DNA of 64,000 nucleotides, taken from sequence record PV231353.1, one strand, 5' to 3'. Below are positions 9,345 through 18,003 of this stretch, piece by piece; the first letter of the stretch is position 1; each line of letters begins with the position of its first letter. The notes below the pieces were generated by a model, which was not told the DNA's origin, did no database searches, and worked only from the letters and a program-made list of their open reading frames with translations. The translations under genes and the position numbers were made by a program.

Positions 9345-9706
9345 TGGTCTGGTGGGACCCTCAGGCGCGGGTCAAGAGTCACTGGTCCTATGATCCGAAG
9401 GACGGCACGCGCCCCTATTACATGTTCGACGGCCGGCGCTACAAGAGCGCCATCGCCGCCGCCACCGCCGAGGTGCTGAGCAATCGCCTGTGGGCGTTGT
9501 TCGACGTCCTCCCGATCCTGCTGCGCTGCGCCGACGGCTCCTATGTCGTCGACTGCGAACCGATCGGGAGCGAGCCGCACCTGCCGGCCCCCGACATCCG
9601 GGTCTCCAAGCGCATCGCGCTTGGGCTGGTCGAGGCCGGGCTGCTGCTGATCACCGAGTACAACGAGCGCGGCGTCCCTGACCGCCTGGAGCTTGCCGCC
9701 ACATGA
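9341..9706 (+). CDS. hypothetical protein, wHTH-like C-terminus
   Basis: RVSKRIALGLVEAGLL. Confidence 0.7.
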   Translation: MMVWWDPQARVKSHWSYDPKDGTRPYYMFDGRRYKSAIAAATAEVLSNRLWALFDVLPILLRCADGSYVVDCEPIGSEPHLPAPDIRVSKRIALGLVEAGLLLITEYNERGVPDRLELAAT

Positions 9707-9969
9707 GAGGCCTTCCCAAGCCCGCCGAGGTCCAGCTTCGCCGGTACCTCCAGGGCGGTCACTTCAAGCACCTGATCCGGGCCTATCGCGGCTGGCGGCC
9801 CTACAATCCCGCCACCGGGACCATCCACGTCGACAAGCGGTTCTCGACCAAGACGGTCCAGCGGGCCGTCAGCGCCGGCACGCTCGACGTCTACGAGTTC
9901 GACGAGGAGGGGCAGGTCCAGGTCTACGCCCTCGGCGCCCAGTTCCTCGGCTGGAAGTCCTCGTCATGA
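9703..9969 (+). CDS. hypothetical protein, wHTH-like
   Basis: RFSTKTVQRAVSAGTL. Confidence 0.7.
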   Translation: MRGLPKPAEVQLRRYLQGGHFKHLIRAYRGWRPYNPATGTIHVDKRFSTKTVQRAVSAGTLDVYEFDEEGQVQVYALGAQFLGWKSSS

Positions 9970-10274
9970 CCCCGCACGAAAAGGCGATGACCAAGTCGGT
10001 GATGCGCATCTGCGACGATATCCGCATGGTCGGCGGCGGGACGGGCGAGGCGACCGCGCTCTGGAAGTTCGTCTATCGCCCGGCGATCGAGCCGGGGCGC
10101 GCCGGGCGCTACGCCTTCGTGACGGCCAAGCGCGACATGCCCTTGCCAATGCGGACCGCCAGGGGTTATCGTCGCTGCGAGATGGAGGCGGTGGTCGACG
10201 TCGGCTATGCGGGGCTGCGCCCCGTGGCCTGGGACGAAACTGGCCGTGTCCTGGAGTATCGGGGTCGGGCGTGA
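9966..10274 (+). CDS. hypothetical protein
   Basis: ATG 9966 coupled to upstream stop. Confidence 0.65.
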   Translation: MTPHEKAMTKSVMRICDDIRMVGGGTGEATALWKFVYRPAIEPGRAGRYAFVTAKRDMPLPMRTARGYRRCEMEAVVDVGYAGLRPVAWDETGRVLEYRGRA

Positions 10275-10891
10275 AGGCCGATTGGCGCGAGACATTGGCG
10301 GTCGCTTTTGACCGGCCTCTTCCGGCTGCGGACGAGGTCAAGGACCCCTACGCCTTCGATCCCACCGCGCCGGCCATCATCCTCGACTTCGCCACCCCGC
10401 CCGAGCCGCCGCCCGAGAACGAATATCGTTGGCTGGCCCTGGACGCGGCGGGCGAACCGCTGGGGGAGTTCTGGACCATCCCGCTGGCGGCCGAGGGGCT
10501 CGCCCATATCCTCTATCCAGGCCACGCCCAGATCGTGCGGGGCAACGCCACCAGCCGCCTGCGGGCCAAGCGCCTGTCGCGCCTCTGCGAAGCCCAGAAC
10601 TGGCGCTGCTGCTACTGCTACGGGGTGATGCGCCTGCCGGTCGAGTGCCTGCCCCAGGCGCCGGACATGGCGACCCTGGAGCACCTGCACCGCCAGACCG
10701 ACGGCGGCGGCGGGCGGCTGGACAATCTGGTCGCCGCCTGCGCGTCCTGCAACTCCCATCGGGGCGCCTTCACGCCGCTGAAGTGGTGGAAGGTCCGCCA
10801 GCGCCTGCTCCCCGTCTGGCCCGCCTGCACGACGATGACCGAAGCCGCTCGCTACAACCTGCGCGGCTATGGACCGCTACGGGCCGGCTAG
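10271..10891 (+). CDS. HNH endonuclease
   Basis: CCYC...TLEHLH...GG...DNLVAACASCNSHRG. Confidence 0.85.
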   Translation: MKADWRETLAVAFDRPLPAADEVKDPYAFDPTAPAIILDFATPPEPPPENEYRWLALDAAGEPLGEFWTIPLAAEGLAHILYPGHAQIVRGNATSRLRAKRLSRLCEAQNWRCCYCYGVMRLPVECLPQAPDMATLEHLHRQTDGGGGRLDNLVAACASCNSHRGAFTPLKWWKVRQRLLPVWPACTTMTEAARYNLRGYGPLRAG

Positions 10892-10896
10892 GTTGA

Positions 10897-10944
10897 ACAA
10901 CCGTTTTTGGTTGTATTTCCGGAATACAACCGTTTTTGGTTGTA
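10897..10944. promoter_or_regulatory. two tandem palindromic operator-like sites
   Basis: ACAACCGTTTTTGGTTGTA at 10897 and 10926. Confidence 0.65.
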
Positions 10945-10955
10945 GCGCGACTGTG

Positions 10956-10985
10956 TTGACAGAGTTTACAGAACCGGGCTAGACC
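10956..10985 (+). promoter_or_regulatory. sigma70-type promoter
   Basis: TTGACA(10956)-N16-GCTAGACC, fits Caulobacter GCTANAWC -10. Confidence 0.7.
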
Positions 10986-10992
10986 GGAGGCC

Positions 10993-11421
10993 ATGATGGC
11001 TTCCGCCCCATTCATCCCGATGCTCCTCAAGGTCGGCGCGACCCGCCGGCGCTTGGCCGCCGCGCCCCAGCGGGTGCGCGACAAGGTCAACGCCCAGGCG
11101 GAGTTCTACACCGACGCCAAGGAGAAGGCCCGCCGGCGCCGGGCGTTCGTCCTGACGGCCCTGCTCGACGAGTTCCTGCATGGCACGGTGGTGTTCGAGC
11201 GCAACGCCCACGGGACCTACGACGCCCATTTCATTGGCACCTCGGCGCAGTTCCAGGCCCTGGATCGGCCGAGCGCCCATCTCCTGTTGGACGCGCGGTG
11301 GTCGCTCAAGACCCTGCGCTATCCCCTGTCGGTCGGCGATCTGGTGGTCGACGCCATGGACGAGAACAGGACGCCGCTGCGGCTGATCCAGCCCCCGATC
11401 GTTCCGGAGGACGCGGCGTGA
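10993..11421 (+). CDS. hypothetical protein
   Basis: GGAGG SD. Confidence 0.75.
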   Translation: MMASAPFIPMLLKVGATRRRLAAAPQRVRDKVNAQAEFYTDAKEKARRRRAFVLTALLDEFLHGTVVFERNAHGTYDAHFIGTSAQFQALDRPSAHLLLDARWSLKTLRYPLSVGDLVVDAMDENRTPLRLIQPPIVPEDAA

Positions 11422-11774
11422 AGCGCCAGACCCTGATGGACCTCAACGGGATCACCCGCGCCGAGGCCGCCTGCGTCGCGGCCCTGATCCACGGCACGCG
11501 GCTGAAGTTCGTCGACCGCGCGCCCGACGGCTATTATCGGGTCGTGGCCATGGTGACGCGCGATCTGACGCACCAGAAGCCCGACGGGCGGGTGCGGCTG
11601 AAGTGCTACGAGCGCAAGTTCTCCCGCCCGACCATCGACAAGCTGGTGGCGCGCAGGGCGCTCCAGGTCGTCCAGATGGACGAGCAGGGCCGCGTCCAGA
11701 TCGCCGCCTCGGCCGAGATGGTTCACGCCTGCATGGCGCTGCACGGGATCAGGCTGAAGAGACCGGGCGGATGA
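11418..11774 (+). CDS. hypothetical protein, wHTH-like
   Basis: GTG 11418; KFSRPTIDKLVARRAL. Confidence 0.7.
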   Translation: MKRQTLMDLNGITRAEAACVAALIHGTRLKFVDRAPDGYYRVVAMVTRDLTHQKPDGRVRLKCYERKFSRPTIDKLVARRALQVVQMDEQGRVQIAASAEMVHACMALHGIRLKRPGG

Positions 11775-12100
11775 AGACGCGCCGCGTCACCCGGCGACAG
11801 GCCGAGGCCAGGGCCGCCTATCGCGTCGCCGACGCGGTCGGCTATCTGGGGCCGCACCGGCTCCTGGTCGAGAAGGTTCACGGCGGCTGGGTGCTGGTCG
11901 ACCGCCTGGAGGGCTCCTACGCCCGCCGCGAGCCGCAGGACTTCATGACCTGCACGACCGACGATCTTTCCGAGGCCACGCGCTGGGCCTGGAACTCGAT
12001 CACCGAGGCCTGCGCCCAGTGCCGCCTTTCGCTCCAGGCCATCGCCTGGGATCACCTGCTGCGCCCGGTCCAGTACACCCTCAACAAGGAGCCCCTGTGA
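11771..12100 (+). CDS. hypothetical protein
   Basis: ATG 11771 coupling. Confidence 0.7.
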   Translation: MKTRRVTRRQAEARAAYRVADAVGYLGPHRLLVEKVHGGWVLVDRLEGSYARREPQDFMTCTTDDLSEATRWAWNSITEACAQCRLSLQAIAWDHLLRPVQYTLNKEPL

Positions 12101-12429
12101 GCGCCGCCTTCCGCGTCAAGCGCATCCTCGACTACATCGAGGGCCTGCGCGCCACGGGCGATGGTCGCCCCGCGACGATCCACGTCGACCACATCCGGGG
12201 CGACGTCTACCGCCTGCGGGTGATCGAGGCCAACGGCGAGACGTCCTATGGCTTCTACTCGCCGCGCCACTATTCGGCCGACCTCATCCCCGCCGCGCGC
12301 GGCGTCTTCTCGCGCTTCCGCCTGGGCTCGATCCGCGACGGCGTCATGCTCTGGCGCGACGACGCGGACCTGGAGATGATCTCCTGCGACCACCGCCAGC
12401 GGCCGATCGACTTCGTCGTCCGGTCCTGA
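12097..12429 (+). CDS. hypothetical protein
   Basis: AAGGAG SD, GTG 12097. Confidence 0.7.
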   Translation: MSAAFRVKRILDYIEGLRATGDGRPATIHVDHIRGDVYRLRVIEANGETSYGFYSPRHYSADLIPAARGVFSRFRLGSIRDGVMLWRDDADLEMISCDHRQRPIDFVVRS

Positions 12430-12440
12430 GAGGCCCCAAG

Positions 12441-12782
12441 ATGCAGACCAACGCCAAGACCCGCGCGCTCCTGATGGACCTCTTCGCGACCACCGAGCAC
12501 GCCTGGAAGGCCATTCCCTCCTCGCACTCGGCCAAGCGCGCCTTCCACCTGCGGCTGCTCGACGACCACACCGCCTTCCTGTTCAAGAACCCCGACGGCC
12601 TGTGGTCGCTCCAGCGCCAGGGCCACGCCCCGCGCGCCCTGTTCCACGCCTTCGACATCGGGATGGCGATGCTCGAACACGCCGGCCGCGCCCAGGTGAT
12701 CGACCACCTCGCCACCTGGGGCGGAAGCCTCACCTTCATCCCGCACGGCTATGTCGCGAACCGTGACCGTCATGACGCTTGA
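12441..12782 (+). CDS. hypothetical protein
   Basis: GAGAGG SD. Confidence 0.75.
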   Translation: MQTNAKTRALLMDLFATTEHAWKAIPSSHSAKRAFHLRLLDDHTAFLFKNPDGLWSLQRQGHAPRALFHAFDIGMAMLEHAGRAQVIDHLATWGGSLTFIPHGYVANRDRHDA

Positions 12783-12959
12783 CACGCCCGCAGGGCCGCG
12801 CTAACCATTTTCCTTAACGCAACCCATACGAAAATCCTGGTCCAGGGCGCCGCTGAACAGGCTCCCCGGCCGCGCGAAGCCCCGGACCCCAAAAGGGTGT
12901 CGCCCGAGGGCGCCGTAGGCGGACGCCAAATTTTTTCGTAAGAATGAGGAAATACATCC

Positions 12960-14078
12960 ATGCCCCGTGGTCCGCTGGTCGAGAAGTACGTCAAGGGCAA
13001 GCTCTACAGCCAGCGCCAGTTCCGCCGGCTCATCATCGACACCCTGCGGGCCATCCTCGATCTGCCCGGCTATGAGAAGGGGGCGCGCGCCCGCGACATC
13101 GCCGACAAGTTCGGCGACCCCGCCTGGGTCGAGGCCGAGAACCTGCGGCTGATCGCCGTCACCCTGAACAACCTCAAGACCCAGGGGCTGGTCAAGCAGA
13201 TCGAGCGCGGGCTCTACAAGGTCAACGAGGCCAAGGTCGATCTGGGCCTGGACCAGATGGAGCAGACCGAGCAGACCATCGCCGAGGTCCTGCGGGCCGA
13301 AGGGGCTACGCCAAGCGCCGGGTGATCGACCGCGAGCACGACGCCGACAGCCAGTCGACCGACGCCAAGGCCGGCGACATCCAGCGCACCCTCACCCGCG
13401 TGCTGATGAACAGCCAACGAATCCAGAAGGCCTACGGGGGGATGGTCTACGCGTTCTACAACCTCCCCCAGGCCGAATTGTCCCTCCTGCCCCAGATGGG
13501 GAAGTGGCTCCACCTCCAGTCGGCCGCCGCCACCCGCATGCTGACCGGCCAACCCTCCCACGAGGTCTACGGCCTGATCGAGAAAGCCACCCGCCTCCAG
13601 TACCGCCACATCGGGGCGGTCTTCAAGTTCGTGATCGACCACATCGACGAGGACTTCGCCGACGCCGCGCGCGGCTTTGAGCCCCTGCACGAGGCGATGG
13701 CCGAATTCAACGACGCCTTCTCGACGTCAACGCCGGCGCCCGGAACAAGATCGAGGACCGGTTCGGCCCCGAAGGCGAAGACCACCGCCAGATGCGCGAG
13801 GCCGGCAAGACCTACACCGAGATCGACGACGCGCGCGAAGCGGCCTTGCGCGCCTACGACGCCGAAGCCCCGCTGCGGCTGATCGACCTCTTCTGCGAGG
13901 GGAACCCCCAGGCCCACGAGCGCGCGCCGCTCTCTTCTACGAGGCGTTCGCCGACTGGGCGATGCTCGACGCGGCCCAACTCAGCCGGGGCATCCTCGTC
14001 GCCGACTTCACCCGCGCCAAGCGGATCAAGAAGCTCGACGACCGGGAAGACGGCCCGCTGCCCGGCTATGAGGGCTGA
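12960..14078 (+). CDS. winged-helix protein, candidate replication/regulatory factor (three apparent frameshifts)
   Basis: N-terminal ARARDIAD...LNNLKTQGLVKQIERGLYKV; frames join near 13305, 13725 and 13930. Confidence 0.6.
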
Positions 14079-14092
14079 GCCTGGAAGGCCAG

Positions 14093-14119
14093 GGGCTCTT
14101 GGTTTGTCAACCAAAGCCC
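14093..14119 (+). terminator. terminator-like hairpin
   Basis: GGGCT(C)TTGGTT-TGTC-AACCAAAGCCC after the stop. Confidence 0.45.
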
Positions 14120-14124
14120 TACTC

Positions 14125-14620
14125 CTCTATGGTCCATAAAGGTACACATATTAAATACATTCTTAGTTTACTCTGTATATGTAAACCTCTCCCTATACTC
14201 TCTATACCCTCTAAAAGCTAACCTAATTAAATACATAGTTAGTAATATGTGTGTCTTTCTACCATTTTACTACCCAGTTATTTATTATAGTTAGTTTTTC
14301 TCCTATAGTGTAGGGTAGAGAAGAGAAGAAAGGATGAAAAGTGGACTATCTACTAAATGAATAGATAATAATCCCTGCCGGGCAGACCTCGAAATTGGCG
14401 TCGAGCAAATCCCGAGCAAATCCTGGTCGCCTCGCCGCCTCGTCGAGGGGATCGACACGGTATGCAGGACCCGGAGGGAGAGCGGAGCGTGTCCAGGCCG
14501 TGTCGGCGGTGGTCCTGGCGATCTCCCTGCCGGGAGACCCGTCGACCGTCCAACCCGTCGACCACCTGTCCCGTCCGACCCGTCGACCGTCCTGCCGAGA
14601 AACGACCCGTCATCTGACAC
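14125..14620. other. candidate replication origin: AT-rich tract plus iteron-like repeats
   Basis: ~250-bp AT-rich non-coding tract in a GC-rich genome, followed by CGAGCAAATCC x2 and ACCCGTCGACC-like x4. Confidence 0.5.
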
Positions 14621-14710
14621 GGCGTCCAGGTCCCGGAGGGCAAGAGCCCGATAGGGCGGGTTCGGGCCGTGTCGGCGGGGAGTTGACAGTCGTTGATCAC
14701 GACGCTAGAC

Positions 14711-14726
14711 GTCGTGAATCTTGACA
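14711..14726 (+). promoter_or_regulatory. late-type promoter motif
   Basis: GTCGTGAATCTTGACA upstream of the resolvase/terminase operon. Confidence 0.65.
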
Positions 14727-14792
14727 TACGCCCGTCTGCATGAGAGACGTGGTTAACGAGATGGGCTGCTCCAAGGCCCTCGGGAGCCACCC

Positions 14793-15497
14793 ATGCCGAC
14801 CACCCTCCGCTCGACCTCGCCATCCGATCCGCGCCCCACCGCCATCGACCCTGACGTCCTGGCCCTGGCGATCGGCAAGGTCCTGCCCGACATCCTGGGC
14901 TGGGCGCGTCTGCGCCAGCCGGGCTTTGGCGAGGCCGATGTCCGCCATGCGGTGGTCGAGGCGCTGCACATCGCCGGCCTGGACGCCTTCCGCCTCGGCG
15001 TGGTCCTGGCCTCGAAGTTCAACTGGTCGGTCGACTACAGCCTCGTGCGCCTGCTCGACAGCGTCATCGAGGCCCTGCCGACCGCCTACCGGGCGGTGAC
15101 CGGCCGCTGGGTCGCCCGCACCGGCATCCGCTTTCCGGCTAAGGAAGGCGACACCATCGAGTTCTTCGACGCGGCCGGTCGCCGCCGCGTCGGCAAGGTG
15201 GTCGGGGTCTCGGGCCTGACCGCCACGGCCTATGTCCAGCCCGCCGTCGGCACCGAGTTCACCGACCCGCCGATCGAGATCGCCGCCGAGGCGGTCGCCG
15301 CCAACGTCACCCAGAAGCGCTACCAGCCCGAGCACCCGATCCTGGGCGCACGCTACGATGACGCCCCGGCGCTGGGGGCTCTGGCCGAGGCCGAACGCGC
15401 CCGCCGCACTGACGCGGCGGCTTCGCCGAGAACGCCGGCGCCCCACCCGCACCTGACCGACTTCCGCCCGGACCCTGACGGGCCGGCCATCGCCTGA
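14793..15497 (+). CDS. hypothetical protein
   Basis: GGGAG SD, 234 aa. Confidence 0.75.
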   Translation: MPTTLRSTSPSDPRPTAIDPDVLALAIGKVLPDILGWARLRQPGFGEADVRHAVVEALHIAGLDAFRLGVVLASKFNWSVDYSLVRLLDSVIEALPTAYRAVTGRWVARTGIRFPAKEGDTIEFFDAAGRRRVGKVVGVSGLTATAYVQPAVGTEFTDPPIEIAAEAVAANVTQKRYQPEHPILGARYDDAPALGALAEAERARRTDAAASPRTPAPHPHLTDFRPDPDGPAIA

Positions 15498-15507
15498 GAC
15501 CCTCCCC

Positions 15508-15681
15508 ATGAGCCTTTCCTTCAACGACGATCCCGAGCAATGCGTGCGTGACGCGCTGGACCTCGACCTGGACGAGGTGGCGGTGGTCTGCCGCGACGCC
15601 TCGGGCGAGGTCTATGTCCTGGCCTCCACCAAGGGCCGGCGCCTGGAACGCCTGCTCGCCGACGGGGTCGACCTGACGTGA
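15508..15681 (+). CDS. small acidic hypothetical protein (57 aa)
   Basis: MSLSFNDDPEQCVRDALD...DLT*, stop overlaps next GTG. Confidence 0.6.
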   Translation: MSLSFNDDPEQCVRDALDLDLDEVAVVCRDASGEVYVLASTKGRRLERLLADGVDLT

Positions 15682-16192
15682 AGATCATCGGCGTCGATCC
15701 GGGCATCGCCGGCGGCGTCGTGCTGCTGGACACCAAGGCCTGCACCCTGGCGGTTCACGACATGCCGACCGAGCCCTCGACCAAGGGCCGGCGGCTGGCG
15801 TCCTCGGCCCTCTTGACCGTCTTCCTGCACGACGTCGCCCCCGATCACATCTTCCTCGAAGAGGTCGGGGTCCGCCCCGGCGAGGGCGCGGTCGGGGCCT
15901 TTTCGTTCGGGCGCGGCATGGGACGCCTGGAGGGCGTGGCGGCCGGCACCCGCACCCCGCTGACCATGGTCACGCCCCAGGAATGGAAGCGCGTCACCAA
16001 GACCCCGGCCGACAAGAAGCGCGCCATCGCCCGCGCCTACCAACTCTTCCCCCGCTGCGTGAAGCTCTTCCAGGGCCGCGCGGCGGTGAAAAGGACGGGC
16101 GCGCCGAAGCCGCCCTGATCGCCTTCTACGGGGCGATGAAGCTCGGCGCCGTCCCCTCCTCTCCCATCGACCCGGCGGAGTTTCCGGCTTGA
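15678..16192 (+). CDS. RuvC-like Holliday junction resolvase (apparent frameshift near 16075)
   Basis: MKIIGVDPG...FLEEV...AFSFG...KDGRAEAALIA catalytic pattern. Confidence 0.85.
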
Positions 16193-16823
16193 CCCAGCCC
16201 CAGTACCTGACGCGCCAAGCGCTTTCCGCCGCCGCCAGCGCGGCGACATTTGGCCCGTCCATGACGAGATGGACTACGCCGCCAGCGCCTCCACCGTCGT
16301 CGACGATCCGCGCGAGCCGAGCATCGTCCCGACCGGGGTGCTCGACGCGGCTGGCGAGATGCTGCTGAAGGTCCACATGCCGATCAAGGTCCCGCTGGGC
16401 TTCGCCATCCCGCCGGTCGACCGCGACGACGCCGACGAGGTGGTCTCCTACGTCCCCGAGAGCCAGTTGATCGTCTCCGACATCGGCCTGGGTCGCGGCT
16501 ATGTCACCCCCGAGGAAGCCGACGCCGGCGAGATCGACGGCCATGAGGCCCACGAGGAACACCCCGGTCAGGCCTCGATCCGCATCCCCGCCACCAAGGA
16601 GGTGATCGCCGCCCACGGGGCCATGGGCGAGGCGGCCGAACGGGTCGCCGATCAGGTCACCGCCCTGCATGTCGATCTCACCCCCGAGGGGATCATCATG
16701 CTGCGCGGCCTGATCGCCGCCCAGGGCGAGGCGCTAATCGCCTTCCTCCAGGCGGCCCACACCGCGCGAGCCGAGGGCGGCGAAGACGACGAGGACGAGG
16801 ACGATGGCCCCGAAGAAGCCTGA
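16189..16823 (+). CDS. acidic hypothetical protein (apparent frameshift near 16223)
   Basis: TTG 16189 coupling; main frame 16269-16823. Confidence 0.65.
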
Positions 16824-17109
16824 CCTCTCGACCCGGTCGGGCGCGGCCCGCCATAGCGCCGAGCGCGACAAGGCCCTCGACGCGGCGGTCGCCGCCTTCC
16901 ACGAGGCGGTGCGGATGTACACGGGCCTGACCGCCCAGGCCAACCTCAACAAGGTCCGCCCGGCCATCGTCGAGGAGTACCGCTTCGGGGCGATCGCCGC
17001 CTTCGAAGCCCTGCTCGATAACATGAAGACCGCCTCCGACGCCCTGGTGATCCTCAACGCCGTGCGCGGGGCCTCCCCGCCCGACAAGCCCAAACGCACC
17101 GAGCTTTAG
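16804..17109 (+). CDS. hypothetical protein
   Basis: GAGG SD, 101 aa. Confidence 0.7.
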   Translation: MAPKKPDLSTRSGAARHSAERDKALDAAVAAFHEAVRMYTGLTAQANLNKVRPAIVEEYRFGAIAAFEALLDNMKTASDALVILNAVRGASPPDKPKRTEL

Positions 17110-17112
17110 ATC

Positions 17113-18003
17113 ATGCCGCGCCTTTCCAACGATCGCCACGAGATGTACGCCCTGATGCGGGCCAAGGGCATGAAGCCGCAGGCCGCCGCCCAGGCCGCCG
17201 GCTTCGTGGCTGGCTCGTCGATCTACGCCGAACTGGAGAAGGACCCCGAGGTCCAGGCGCGCGCCCAGGAACTGCTCGACGAGAACAACCTCAAGCGCGA
17301 GCAGATGCGCACCGCCGCCACCGAGGCGGCCAAGGTCGTCGGTCAGGTCTCGGGCCTGTCCAAGGCCTGGGTGCTTCAGAAGCTGGCCGAGAACGCCCAG
17401 ATGGCGGCCCAGGACGGCGACTACAAGGAGAGCAACGCCGCCCTCAAGCTGATCGGCGACGAGTTCGGCATGTTCAGCGGCGCTTCCTCGGAAGGGACCG
17501 AGGGCCAGAACGGCGAGCGCGTCTACGATCTTGACGGGCTGAGCGCCCTCCTCGTCAAGGGGACCTCGGCGATCCCCGTGCCGCCGCCCAAGGTCGACCC
17601 GTCCGCCGCCTTCGACCTGATCGCCGGCAACGGGGCCGCCTCCCGCCGCGCCCGCGAGAGCCGGGCCTTCTCCGACGGCGAGGAAAGCGACGCGGTGTTC
17701 TCCGAGGACGCCGATGTCGACGCGGTCATGGACGGGGCCTGGAGCGGCCCCAGCCCCGACGACTACCTGGAGGCCGAAAATTCGCTCCAGGAGGCCCCTG
17801 AAGCCGCTGACCGACCCGAGCCCCCGGCCGACCCCGTTCCGGCCGCTGGCGACCCCGCGCAGGAGCCGGGAACCTGGGAGCAGATCGATCCCAAGACCTC
17901 CCCCGAAGCGATCATGGCGCGCATCCAGCCGCCGGCCAATCCCCGACTTCCAGCGATGACCGGCCCAAGCGCCGCTCCTCGCGCTGACCCTAGAACGCCG
18001 TGA
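17113..18003 (+). CDS. terS: terminase small subunit (probable); true stop may be 17987
   Basis: Directly upstream of TerL; N-terminal HE.YA..RAKG..PQAAA.AAGF TerS-like helix motif. Confidence 0.65.
   Translation: MPRLSNDRHEMYALMRAKGMKPQAAAQAAGFVAGSSIYAELEKDPEVQARAQELLDENNLKREQMRTAATEAAKVVGQVSGLSKAWVLQKLAENAQMAAQDGDYKESNAALKLIGDEFGMFSGASSEGTEGQNGERVYDLDGLSALLVKGTSAIPVPPPKVDPSAAFDLIAGNGAASRRARESRAFSDGEESDAVFSEDADVDAVMDGAWSGPSPDDYLEAENSLQEAPEAADRPEPPADPVPAAGDPAQEPGTWEQIDPKTSPEAIMARIQPPANPRLPAMTGPSAAPRADPRTP

Noticed and set aside
12820-12945. c-di-GMP-I riboswitch suggested by GGACGCCAAA
   Set aside because: The paired GYAAA/tetraloop-receptor architecture could not be built
14303-14823. ORFs overlapping the AT-rich and iteron region
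   Set aside because: No SD, non-phage codon usage, low-complexity products
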